Below are positions 30,272-38,809 of a stretch of 46,650 nucleotides of DNA, piece after piece. Source of the DNA: a virus (taxonomy: Duplodnaviria; Caudoviricetes). The notes below the pieces were generated by a model that made no database searches, was not told the DNA's origin, and saw only the letters and a program-made list of their open reading frames with translations. The translations under genes were made by a program, and so were the position numbers. Position 1 is the stretch's first letter; each line of letters begins with the position of its first letter. The DNA lies in the IMG/VR virus record IMGVR_UViG_3300025429_000029, positions 1-46,650 of that record; one strand, written 5' to 3'.

Positions 30272-31594
30272 ATGACAGAAAATAATAAAGAACAATTTAT
30301 GGACTTCTGCCTAGCCCCATTTACGCACACATTTATTTCTCCTGTCGGTGAAAGACGCCTATGCTGTGCTTCTCGTGAACCTGCCCAAAATTTTCAACAG
30401 TATATTGACACGGCTGGCGGCGATGGACAATTTAACCCTCTTACATTAAAGGATTGGTGGAATGGCGAACATATTAGAGAAATTAGAAAGCAATGGTTGG
30501 CTGGTACGGTTCCATCAGCATGTGAGGTCTGCGATAAAAAGTTACTTAACACTTCTGTATATCGTGATTACTTTGGACATCTTTTTGGTCATCTACGAGA
30601 TGCTGCGGTGGCTAATACAGATGCTGATGGTTATACAACTTTAGAACCAATCTCATGGGACTATCGTTATAGTAATGTATGCAACTTCAAATGTCGCATG
30701 TGTGGCGATATGCTAAGTTCGGCATGGGAAGTTGAAGTTCGCAAGAATGATATGGTTGATTTGTCTAATCCCAAGAATCACTGGATGCAACCAAAGAATC
30801 GCCATGCTATTCGTAACTTTACTCGTGATTTTGTAATACCTGAGTTTCGCACGGCGATTGAAAACAAAACTGTGCGTGAAATATATTGGGTAGGTGGCGA
30901 ACCGTTGTTATATGATGAACACTGGACATTCATGCGCCTCATCGTAGAACTTGGTTATGCCGATCAAGTTCGTATAAGATATAATACTAATTTAAGTTAT
31001 TGCAAAGATTCACAAGGAACATTGTGGGAATTATTACAACACTTTCCACACTGGGAAATATGCGCAAGTTTAGATGCAACAGGAGAAATCGGTGAGTATA
31101 TTAGAACTGGTCTTAGTTATAATATGTTTTTACAAAATTTTAGACAAGGTATTGCACACGCAAGACATAATCGTCAGATGCGTATTGACTTTACTCTTAC
31201 TACCATTGGGTTATTTGATTTGGAAAATATCATCAATCTTGTTGATGAATTAAATGTACAACTGTTAAGTAAAGTAATTTTTGCTTTCTCGCCAGATATT
31301 TTGTTAAGTCCGCTTGCGCTGCCTCGTGATATACTAATTCCATTTATACAAGATATTCAAAGCCGTATTAAGCCACGCATTACTTACCGCACACAAAGTT
31401 TATGGGATGTGTTAGAACATCTTAAAACTCGTCCTACTTTTATAGAACAATACCCTGATACGTATGAGCGTGAGGCAATAAAAGGCAAAGCACATCTTTT
31501 AAAATTGGAATCTATTCGCAAAGATGCTAAAATAACTATGAATAAAATATTATCAAACAGACCTGAAATATTAAAATGGTGGAATAATATATGA
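30272..31594 (+). CDS. Radical SAM protein with N-terminal twitch domain
   Basis: CNFKCRMC, VGGEP and YNTN; N-terminal CLAPF..LCC..CEVC. Confidence 0.9.
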   Translation: MTENNKEQFMDFCLAPFTHTFISPVGERRLCCASREPAQNFQQYIDTAGGDGQFNPLTLKDWWNGEHIREIRKQWLAGTVPSACEVCDKKLLNTSVYRDYFGHLFGHLRDAAVANTDADGYTTLEPISWDYRYSNVCNFKCRMCGDMLSSAWEVEVRKNDMVDLSNPKNHWMQPKNRHAIRNFTRDFVIPEFRTAIENKTVREIYWVGGEPLLYDEHWTFMRLIVELGYADQVRIRYNTNLSYCKDSQGTLWELLQHFPHWEICASLDATGEIGEYIRTGLSYNMFLQNFRQGIAHARHNRQMRIDFTLTTIGLFDLENIINLVDELNVQLLSKVIFAFSPDILLSPLALPRDILIPFIQDIQSRIKPRITYRTQSLWDVLEHLKTRPTFIEQYPDTYEREAIKGKAHLLKLESIRKDAKITMNKILSNRPEILKWWNNI

Positions 31595-32697
31595 CAATAG
31601 TAATGACCATGCGAAATCCGTTAGATAAATCTAGTGTTTTTCCTATTTTTATTGAGCCTAATGATACTCAATTAGCAAGAGATTGGTGCCGAGTATTAAA
31701 GTTAGAGATTCAAAACAATAGCCATCTAGAAAAAAATTATTGTTGGCATGGTTGGCCAAATGGCGGCAGAAATTTAGAATATCTTACTAGCGAATTAAGT
31801 CGTCATACTTTTAACATATGGAAGTTTAATGAATTAGGTATATGGCAAATCGCAGGTCTAAAAGAAATTAAAATCAATACCGTATATAATCCAGAAAATG
31901 TTATGTTGCCGCTTACCGATGATCGTGATAGCGGCGGTCCTAATCATACGGTTATGAACGAGGTCCATAATTACTTTGAACATCTACAAGGCACAGTTGA
32001 AAATATTTCGCCTTATTATAAACTAGCAACGCCATCTGTAAAATATAGTATTAGACAACTAAACAATTTATGTCATGAAATTGAAACACTATGTTTAAGT
32101 TTGCGCAAACAAAAACTCAATCCACAGTGGGTAAGACCTAGCCAAATTACTACATTCTTAAATGCAAAGAGATATAATCTTGTAGACGAACACCGTATTG
32201 GTTTTGCAAAAAATGGTTATGACCGCAAGTTTGGTCATGTGTATATGCACTGGACACAAATTGGCAAGACACTTATGGAAGTATTTCGAGATGAAGGTGC
32301 ACCAGTTTTAGACCAAGCCACTTGTGATGCCATCACCCACTTACAATATTATAGTGGTGAATTTGATATTGAATGGGGTCGTGATGTATGTTATGGCAAA
32401 CATGAATGGCATACAAGTGAAATAGATGCTTTTAATGCTTGGCTAAAGCGCAACGGTTATAATCCAAAAGATTTAAGTCTTAGTTTAGGATATCTTGAGA
32501 TTGGTAAAATTAATTTGGAAATGAGTTTTGGCACAACTGATATAGACAAAATTTGGGAAATTATGGGTGATCATTTAGACATTTATAGTTTAGAACTAGA
32601 TGGCGAACATGCAATATATGATTATAGTTGGGCTGATAGTGATTATGGACAAAGTCAAATAAATTACTTAATGCCTGGTTATAACAGTTATGTTTGA
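31591..32697 (+). CDS. Hypothetical protein in the radical SAM cluster
   Basis: 368 aa with overlaps at both ends; NEVHNYFE, LNNLCHEIE and YMHWTQIGKT. Confidence 0.75.
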   Translation: MTIVMTMRNPLDKSSVFPIFIEPNDTQLARDWCRVLKLEIQNNSHLEKNYCWHGWPNGGRNLEYLTSELSRHTFNIWKFNELGIWQIAGLKEIKINTVYNPENVMLPLTDDRDSGGPNHTVMNEVHNYFEHLQGTVENISPYYKLATPSVKYSIRQLNNLCHEIETLCLSLRKQKLNPQWVRPSQITTFLNAKRYNLVDEHRIGFAKNGYDRKFGHVYMHWTQIGKTLMEVFRDEGAPVLDQATCDAITHLQYYSGEFDIEWGRDVCYGKHEWHTSEIDAFNAWLKRNGYNPKDLSLSLGYLEIGKINLEMSFGTTDIDKIWEIMGDHLDIYSLELDGEHAIYDYSWADSDYGQSQINYLMPGYNSYV

Positions 32698-34240
32698 TAT
32701 AGTTTGGTATGATTATAGTGACGGTGATATTGAAAGTTTAATATCACAAGCCAAGACACAAAGCAAAACAGAATATGTTTGGCTTGCACATAAACAACTT
32801 GATTATACGCAATTTAATTTCCGTTGTTTGCCTAATCTTCATCAGGCACATTATAAACATGCTTGGCCAAGTCATAACAATCCACAACACTATACCACTT
32901 GGTTGATACCAGTTGATAACGATAGCGGAACTGTGTATCATGAACGCATGATTCCTACTATCAATTCAAAATATTATGATATGTGTTTGTTGAACACAAA
33001 TAGTTTTGAAAATACAATAGCCGTAGATTTTCAGGTTCACTTGCTAACAACCATGCAGGCTGCAATTGAAAACGCTATTAAAAAATGTACTAAACCTTGG
33101 TTATGGATTATTGCTGATTGCTGTGAATATGATGATTTTAATTTTGATTGGTTGCCAAGCAATTATGATATGAATTATATTCACTGCTGGCCAAGTGGTA
33201 ATTGTGAAAAAGGTGATACATTTTTAATTAATGTTAATACTTATAAACGAGGCGAACGCAATTATAACTTTAATCATGAACCACTAAAACGCAAACGTTG
33301 GCCAAGCGCAAAAATCACGCATGATAGTTTGGCACAAGAACTTAATGCAACACCAAGACTAAGTTCAATTTATACGATTTATTCTTATACTGGTTTTATT
33401 GATTATCCAGATGTTTGTTTATGGGAAAACCGACCCGTAATAAGTTTGAATCGTAGCAATAGCAGTTGTCTTGTGCCTCGTGATTGTATTGTTAAAAAAG
33501 AAATATATGAATACCCATATCTACTACGTGAAACAAGTCATGGACTTGATCTTGCAATTGATGTTATTTTTATTGATAATGGTGAAAGTTGCGCAAAAGA
33601 AAATTATGAAAGATGTAAAAAGTTAGAACCACTTACAAAATATTGTAGTGGAGTTAATGGCAGATTGGCTGCATACAAAAAGGCTGCAAACCATAGTAAT
33701 TCTGATTGGTTTATTGCTGTATTTGCTAAGTGTCATGTTAAAAATAATTTTGAAGATTTTGATTGGCAACCAGATTTTTGGCAAGAACCTAAACATTATA
33801 TTTTTTATAATCATAACCGTAATAACAATTTAATTTATGGACATATGGCACCTATTGCATATAATACAAAACTACTACTACAAAATACTGGTGGTCTTGA
33901 TATGACACTTGCACAAGCGCACACCACAGTGCCAATTTGTATAAGTGAAACATATATTGAAAATGATCCATTGTTGACATGGCGAACAACATTTCGTGAA
34001 GTTGTTAAACTATTGCATTATAGTAATGAAAATCCAAGTATAGAAAATGAATATAGACTATGGTCTTGGAAAAATGTAACTAAAGGCAAAGATTCTATTT
34101 GGCAACAACGTGGTGTTAAAGATGCGCAAGATTATTATCATGTATGTGGCGGCGATGAAAGTTTGTTGCTGCTAACCGTTGAGTGGGATTGGTTATTGGC
34201 ACATTTTAATAGTCTTTATAGTGATGAAATAACTGTTTGA
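32690..34240 (+). CDS. Multi-domain glycosyltransferase-like protein
   Basis: C-terminal domain is paralogous to 22429 (GVNGRLAAYKKAA, LIYGH, TWRTTFREVVKL); two N-terminal internal repeats. Confidence 0.6.
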   Translation: MFDIVWYDYSDGDIESLISQAKTQSKTEYVWLAHKQLDYTQFNFRCLPNLHQAHYKHAWPSHNNPQHYTTWLIPVDNDSGTVYHERMIPTINSKYYDMCLLNTNSFENTIAVDFQVHLLTTMQAAIENAIKKCTKPWLWIIADCCEYDDFNFDWLPSNYDMNYIHCWPSGNCEKGDTFLINVNTYKRGERNYNFNHEPLKRKRWPSAKITHDSLAQELNATPRLSSIYTIYSYTGFIDYPDVCLWENRPVISLNRSNSSCLVPRDCIVKKEIYEYPYLLRETSHGLDLAIDVIFIDNGESCAKENYERCKKLEPLTKYCSGVNGRLAAYKKAANHSNSDWFIAVFAKCHVKNNFEDFDWQPDFWQEPKHYIFYNHNRNNNLIYGHMAPIAYNTKLLLQNTGGLDMTLAQAHTTVPICISETYIENDPLLTWRTTFREVVKLLHYSNENPSIENEYRLWSWKNVTKGKDSIWQQRGVKDAQDYYHVCGGDESLLLLTVEWDWLLAHFNSLYSDEITV

Positions 34241-35316
34241 ATTATATAATCTACATCATCATCGCTCAAATGCGTATGGGATGGCAGACTAATTATTTTA
34301 CCAGCCAACTGTTCGCTTCTTTTACAACTATGGGTATTCCATGTTTTTGCAAACTGCTGCATATGTAGTGGATGTTTGTAGTGACTACTAAAACCAATAT
34401 TAGCATATTGCAAATAATCACAGGTTTTGCCATAACTAGGAGTAATGATTGGCATAACATACCAGTTATATAAGTTCTGATGCGCAAAGCGTGGCATTAC
34501 AATACGATTGTTATCGTAAAATGCGTTACAATATTTTTTTATAATTTCTGTTTTTCTTTTAAAAAAATTATCGTAGTTTGGTATATTTGCTGCAACTAAT
34601 GCTGCTTGTATGCTTGTAATACGTGATGTATAACCAATATTATCAATATTGCCATCTATGCCGTAGTGTGATTTGCCATTTGTGCAGATAGAGTCCAATA
34701 GTTTTACATCGACTTTATTTGTAACGATAGCACCGCCACCGCCACTGCCACCAAAGTTTTTATAGGCATTAAAACTAATACAAACAGTATCTGCTATAGT
34801 TTGATCATAATCACTTGTGGTAATACAAAAACTTTGCGCTGCATCTATGATAAGTTTAAGATTTCTATCATCGCACCACTTTCTAAGTGCAACAATATCG
34901 CAGCCTTGACCATATAAATCAACTGCTATAACTGCACCTACTTCGCCGCTATATGCGTTATAAACACGATCAAGATCATGCAAATCAATCAACCAACTAT
35001 CATCTGTATCAACAAATGTTGGTATGTATCCTGCTGCAATAACTGCTTGTGCAGTAGCAGCATAAGTCATCGTAGGTATAAGCACACGAGAGTTTTGTGG
35101 TAGTTTAAGTGCAAGTAGCGAAGTATGCATAGCAGAAGTGCAACTGCTAGTAAGTTGAACATCTGCACCATTATACAAATTACTGATAAAACTTTTTAAT
35201 TGTAATTCGTGCTGACCACGATATACTTCGCCAAACTCTAATGTAAAAGATAAGTTTTTATAGATCAGTTCAGCATTATCACGATACTGTTCTGGCAAAT
35301 CACTAAAGTTTATCAT
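34216..35316 (-). CDS. DegT/DnrJ/EryC1/StrS family PLP-dependent sugar aminotransferase
   Basis: SSCTSAM, P.MTY.AT, VDLYGQ, IIDAAQS, SFNAYKNFG..GGG (PLP lysine) and HY..PLH.Q. Confidence 0.9.
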   Translation of the reverse strand: MINFSDLPEQYRDNAELIYKNLSFTLEFGEVYRGQHELQLKSFISNLYNGADVQLTSSCTSAMHTSLLALKLPQNSRVLIPTMTYAATAQAVIAAGYIPTFVDTDDSWLIDLHDLDRVYNAYSGEVGAVIAVDLYGQGCDIVALRKWCDDRNLKLIIDAAQSFCITTSDYDQTIADTVCISFNAYKNFGGSGGGGAIVTNKVDVKLLDSICTNGKSHYGIDGNIDNIGYTSRITSIQAALVAANIPNYDNFFKRKTEIIKKYCNAFYDNNRIVMPRFAHQNLYNWYVMPIITPSYGKTCDYLQYANIGFSSHYKHPLHMQQFAKTWNTHSCKRSEQLAGKIISLPSHTHLSDDDVDYIIQTVISSL

Positions 35317-36185
35317 AGTAACTGTTGTATGCCATCTTCCAAACTTGTCTTTGGTGTGTATCCAAGAAATTGAACTGCACGTCGAGTATTAAGCGACCCA
35401 CGCTTTGGCATGTCAAATGGAATACCATCTCCATACAAGATTTCGCTTTTGGTTTTGGTCCAATCCTTTATAACTGTAACAGCATCTTGTAGCGTTCTAG
35501 CATTACCATAACTTACATTAGCAATAAGATTATGTAAATCAAATACCGCAGCATTTGCGATAGCCTGTGCTACATCTTCAACATAGGTAAAGTCTAATGT
35601 TGCTTGTGGATCATCTACGTGAATAGTTTGTTGGTTAAGTGCAGCATTTATCCACTTAGATATTACACGATTGCCATCATCACGGTTACCATATACAGCA
35701 GTTGGACGAATGATTACCCATTTCTCTGCAATAATTCTAACGAGTTCTTCGCACATCTTCTTGGCTCTGCCATAATCGTTTATAGGTTTAAGTGGCGTGT
35801 CTTCTACGATCTCCCCACTCCAATCACCATAAACCATACTGCTTGATATATAAACCATCTTTGCATTTGGATATGTGGTTAGAAGATGAATAGTGCTTTG
35901 AACAGTATTACGCCAAGCAGCAAGATTGTTTTTAGCAAATGCAGATTGATTTGGTTCGCCCGCGAGATGAACAATCACATCTACATCTTCAATTATTGTA
36001 GAAGAACAATCAGCGTTGATCCATTCGTCATAAGCAAACTCCATATATCGCCCACGAGCCAGATATAAATCAGTCGTAATATAACGCAAGTCATCAATAA
36101 TAGTAACACGATGACCACCATCAATAAGACGTTTTACAACATGATGACCAATAAATCCGTAACCACCCGTTACTAATATATGCAT
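35313..36185 (-). CDS. NAD-dependent nucleotide-sugar epimerase/dehydratase
   Basis: TGGYGFIG Rossmann motif, HLAG, ISSSMVYG, YGRAK (YxxxK) and DFTYVEDVA. Confidence 0.92.
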   Translation of the reverse strand: MHILVTGGYGFIGHHVVKRLIDGGHRVTIIDDLRYITTDLYLARGRYMEFAYDEWINADCSSTIIEDVDVIVHLAGEPNQSAFAKNNLAAWRNTVQSTIHLLTTYPNAKMVYISSSMVYGDWSGEIVEDTPLKPINDYGRAKKMCEELVRIIAEKWVIIRPTAVYGNRDDGNRVISKWINAALNQQTIHVDDPQATLDFTYVEDVAQAIANAAVFDLHNLIANVSYGNARTLQDAVTVIKDWTKTKSEILYGDGIPFDMPKRGSLNTRRAVQFLGYTPKTSLEDGIQQLL

Positions 36186-36186
36186 T

Positions 36187-37029
36187 TTACACCGCCATTT
36201 CTGCTTTAATTATTGGATGATGTTTATAATTCATCAAACGAATATCTTCCATTTGTGCACTCCATATATCTTTAACATCACTTAAATCTAATGTAGGATA
36301 TGGATATGGTTCACGACCTAATAGTTCTAAAACTTGTGGGACATGATTATTATAGATATGAACATCACCAAATGTAAGAATAAGTTCGCCAACTTCTGCG
36401 CCGATTGTCTTGGCAATAAGATGTGTGAGTAGTGCATAACTTGCAATATTAAATGGCACACCCAAAAATAAATCTGCGCTGCGTTGATACATTTGGCAAC
36501 TTAAAATATTTCTACGAATATAGAACTGTGCAAACATGTGACATGGTGGTAGAGCCATTTCATTTAGTTCACCTGGATTCCATGCAGTTATAACATGACG
36601 ACGACCCGTTGGATCGCTTTTTAATATATCAATTAGTTCTGATAATTGGTCTACTTCGGTTCCATCAGGAGTACGCCAGTGACGCCACTGAACACCATAT
36701 ACACGGCCCAAATCGCCACTATAAGTAGACTTTGGAAGCCAATAGCTTGCACTAGCATTTGCAGTCCAAATTGTTTTCTTGCTTTCATCTCGTGTTCCAT
36801 ATAAGATTTCTGCCAATCGTCGTTCATCGCCACTGCCTTCAATAAACCAAAGTAATTCACTCACCACGCTTTTCCAAGCAAGTTTTTTGGTCGTAATTGC
36901 TGGAAAACCATCTTGTAAATTAAACCTTAGTTGTTCACCAAACAAACTTACGGTTCCTACACCAGTTCTATCTATATTTTGCGGTCCAGTTAAGATAATT
37001 TTTTTACATAATTCATTATAATTTTGCAC
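36187..37029 (-). CDS. thyA: Thymidylate synthase
   Basis: DRTGVGT, ELLWF, YGVQWR, ALPPCH, YQRSADLFLGVPFNIASY and GDVHIY. Confidence 0.97.
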   Translation of the reverse strand: MQNYNELCKKIILTGPQNIDRTGVGTVSLFGEQLRFNLQDGFPAITTKKLAWKSVVSELLWFIEGSGDERRLAEILYGTRDESKKTIWTANASASYWLPKSTYSGDLGRVYGVQWRHWRTPDGTEVDQLSELIDILKSDPTGRRHVITAWNPGELNEMALPPCHMFAQFYIRRNILSCQMYQRSADLFLGVPFNIASYALLTHLIAKTIGAEVGELILTFGDVHIYNNHVPQVLELLGREPYPYPTLDLSDVKDIWSAQMEDIRLMNYKHHPIIKAEMAV

Positions 37030-37513
37030 GTTTCCACACCTGAAATGTTTTATTTTTGCCGTAGGTTTCCCAATTCATTTGGAAATTATGTAGTAATTCT
37101 ACCACATTTACACTTACATCGCAATTATAATTATCGTCAAATACAGTAAGATAGATTTGTTCAAAAAGATGTTTTGTGCTACTAATAAGTTTAGCACCAC
37201 CAATAATCCATATATCCTTGTCGGGATTATTTGCTTTTATAACTGCAAGACTTTGCTCTATAAAGTTACCGTGTATAACATAATGTGTATCACGAAAATT
37301 ATCAATTGATTGGTTAGTAACTACACAACAGGTTCTATCAGGTAATGGTTTTGGCATTTTTGTATCTAGCCATGTATTACTGCCCATTACTACAATATGT
37401 CCACGAGTATTGGTAGAAAACCACTGCATATCTTGTTTATCATGTGGCCACGGTAAAGTGCCATCTTTGCCAATACCACCAACTAAATCTATAGCAAAGA
37501 TAGCCTTAATCAT
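37016..37513 (-). CDS. folA: Dihydrofolate reductase
   Basis: GIGKDGTLPW..D, VVMG..TW, PLPDR, WIIGGA and YLT. Confidence 0.95.
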   Translation of the reverse strand: MIKAIFAIDLVGGIGKDGTLPWPHDKQDMQWFSTNTRGHIVVMGSNTWLDTKMPKPLPDRTCCVVTNQSIDNFRDTHYVIHGNFIEQSLAVIKANNPDKDIWIIGGAKLISSTKHLFEQIYLTVFDDNYNCDVSVNVVELLHNFQMNWETYGKNKTFQVWKRAKL

Positions 37514-37812
37514 TAATCTAACAGTTTATTAGTTTTAGTTTCTACTTCATCTGCGATTGCGTTAATGTTTAGGTGAAAGTCAACGCACTCAATATCTTCG
37601 TCATGCATTCCAAGATAATTTTCTACTAGTGTTTCTATCTCTGGATAATCAATACCTTTTTTAATCATGGCATCAATTTCAAAACTATGTATTGCGCCAT
37701 TTTTCAAATTAGCATTAATTGATTTAATAAAGCGAATGGGAACATCGCTAATTTCCATGTCGGAAATCAAATGTTCCCATCTATCAAAAAATTCAACACT
37801 AAAATTAGGCAC
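37513..37812 (-). CDS. Hypothetical protein
   Basis: 99-aa acidic ORF coupled to both neighbours. Confidence 0.7.
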   Translation of the reverse strand: MPNFSVEFFDRWEHLISDMEISDVPIRFIKSINANLKNGAIHSFEIDAMIKKGIDYPEIETLVENYLGMHDEDIECVDFHLNINAIADEVETKTNKLLD

Positions 37813-38500
37813 TTGCTTTATTCTTGGTAGTCTTAGTAGGTGTCTTCTTTGCAGTAGCCTTTACAACAACTGGCTTTGCACCCTTAAGTTCATTCAATTG
37901 CTGTTGCATTCCTTGCATAGTCTTCATCATTTCCATCATTACAGCAGTCATATCTTGACTTGCTGCTGGCGCAGGAGTTGATGATGGCGCAGTATTAAGT
38001 TTTGCATTTTCTGCTGCAATATTGATACCAAGTTCTTCTGGACGAACACTATCGCTTACAAAAGCATCAGTTTGTGCTGTCTTTGCTGGATCAGCATATC
38101 CTTGTTGGTTTTCCATACGCTCTAGTTTCTTAACTGCTTCTTCGCCACGACCTACTTGTGATAGAAGTTTAGTTAGTTCATCTAAACGCATGCTGCTTTT
38201 GCTGTTAGGGGTAATCATAACACTATTACTTCCAACACGCTTTAGATAACCTTCAGAACTTAATGCTTGCAACATATTATTGCCATCTGCCATCATGCGG
38301 CGTTCAAGAATATCGCTGAATTCGTATGCTTGTTGACCTTCATCACTTTCAAGAATACGCATGACATCATCATGGTACTTCTGTGGCATAATATCACTAT
38401 AAATTACTACTGCCATATGTGGCTCATCGTTACTCAATACTCGCTTAACGATAATTACTTTTTTGTCGTTGACTTTACCTACGTGCTTAAAAAAACTCAT
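37805..38500 (-). CDS. Hypothetical protein with low-complexity Lys/Thr/Ala tail
   Basis: 231 aa; KHVG N-terminus, a coiled-coil-like segment and a basic C-terminus. Confidence 0.75.
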   Translation of the reverse strand: MSFFKHVGKVNDKKVIIVKRVLSNDEPHMAVVIYSDIMPQKYHDDVMRILESDEGQQAYEFSDILERRMMADGNNMLQALSSEGYLKRVGSNSVMITPNSKSSMRLDELTKLLSQVGRGEEAVKKLERMENQQGYADPAKTAQTDAFVSDSVRPEELGINIAAENAKLNTAPSSTPAPAASQDMTAVMMEMMKTMQGMQQQLNELKGAKPVVVKATAKKTPTKTTKNKASA

Positions 38501-38721
38501 TGAACTGTTTCCTCTGTTGTTTGTTCTGGTGCTGCTTGTGGTGTATTAGCAGCAATAAATGATTTAACTTTATCATATACAGCACCTACACTTGAAAATT
38601 CATCTGCACGAAACGCACCACGCTGTGAAACAATTTCTACAATTTGAACCAAGAAAGCAATATCTTGAATGGTGATGCTTGGTGATGTTGTTACAGGAAC
38701 ATCTACAGTTTCTTCACTCAT
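38497..38721 (-). CDS. Small conserved phage protein
   Basis: IQDI..IVEIVSQRGAFRADEFSSVG.VYDK; ATG 38721 follows a GGAG SD (the TTG call at 38733 overlaps that SD). Confidence 0.75.
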   Translation of the reverse strand: MSEETVDVPVTTSPSITIQDIAFLVQIVEIVSQRGAFRADEFSSVGAVYDKVKSFIAANTPQAAPEQTTEETVQ

Positions 38722-38740
38722 AATAATCTCCAATTTATAT

Positions 38741-38746
38741 TATTTA
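38741..38746 (-). promoter_or_regulatory. Putative late promoter (TAAATA)
   Basis: Located between the terminator and the RBS of the 38721 gene. Confidence 0.55.
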
Positions 38747-38751
38747 ATCAT

Positions 38752-38781
38752 AAAAAAAGGCTCCGAAAAATTTTCGGAGCC
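38752..38781 (-). terminator. Rho-independent terminator
   Basis: Inverted repeat GGCTCCGAAAA/TTTTCGGAGCC (38759-38781) followed by T7 on the - strand. Confidence 0.85.
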
Positions 38782-38809
38782 AAGTTTAATTGGAGACAAC
38801 ACAACAACT

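Noticed and set aside
36187-37029. ThyA as a base-modifying hydroxymethylase
   Set aside because: It retains canonical dUMP-specific motifs (PPCH, RSAD, PFN) and is paired with DHFR.
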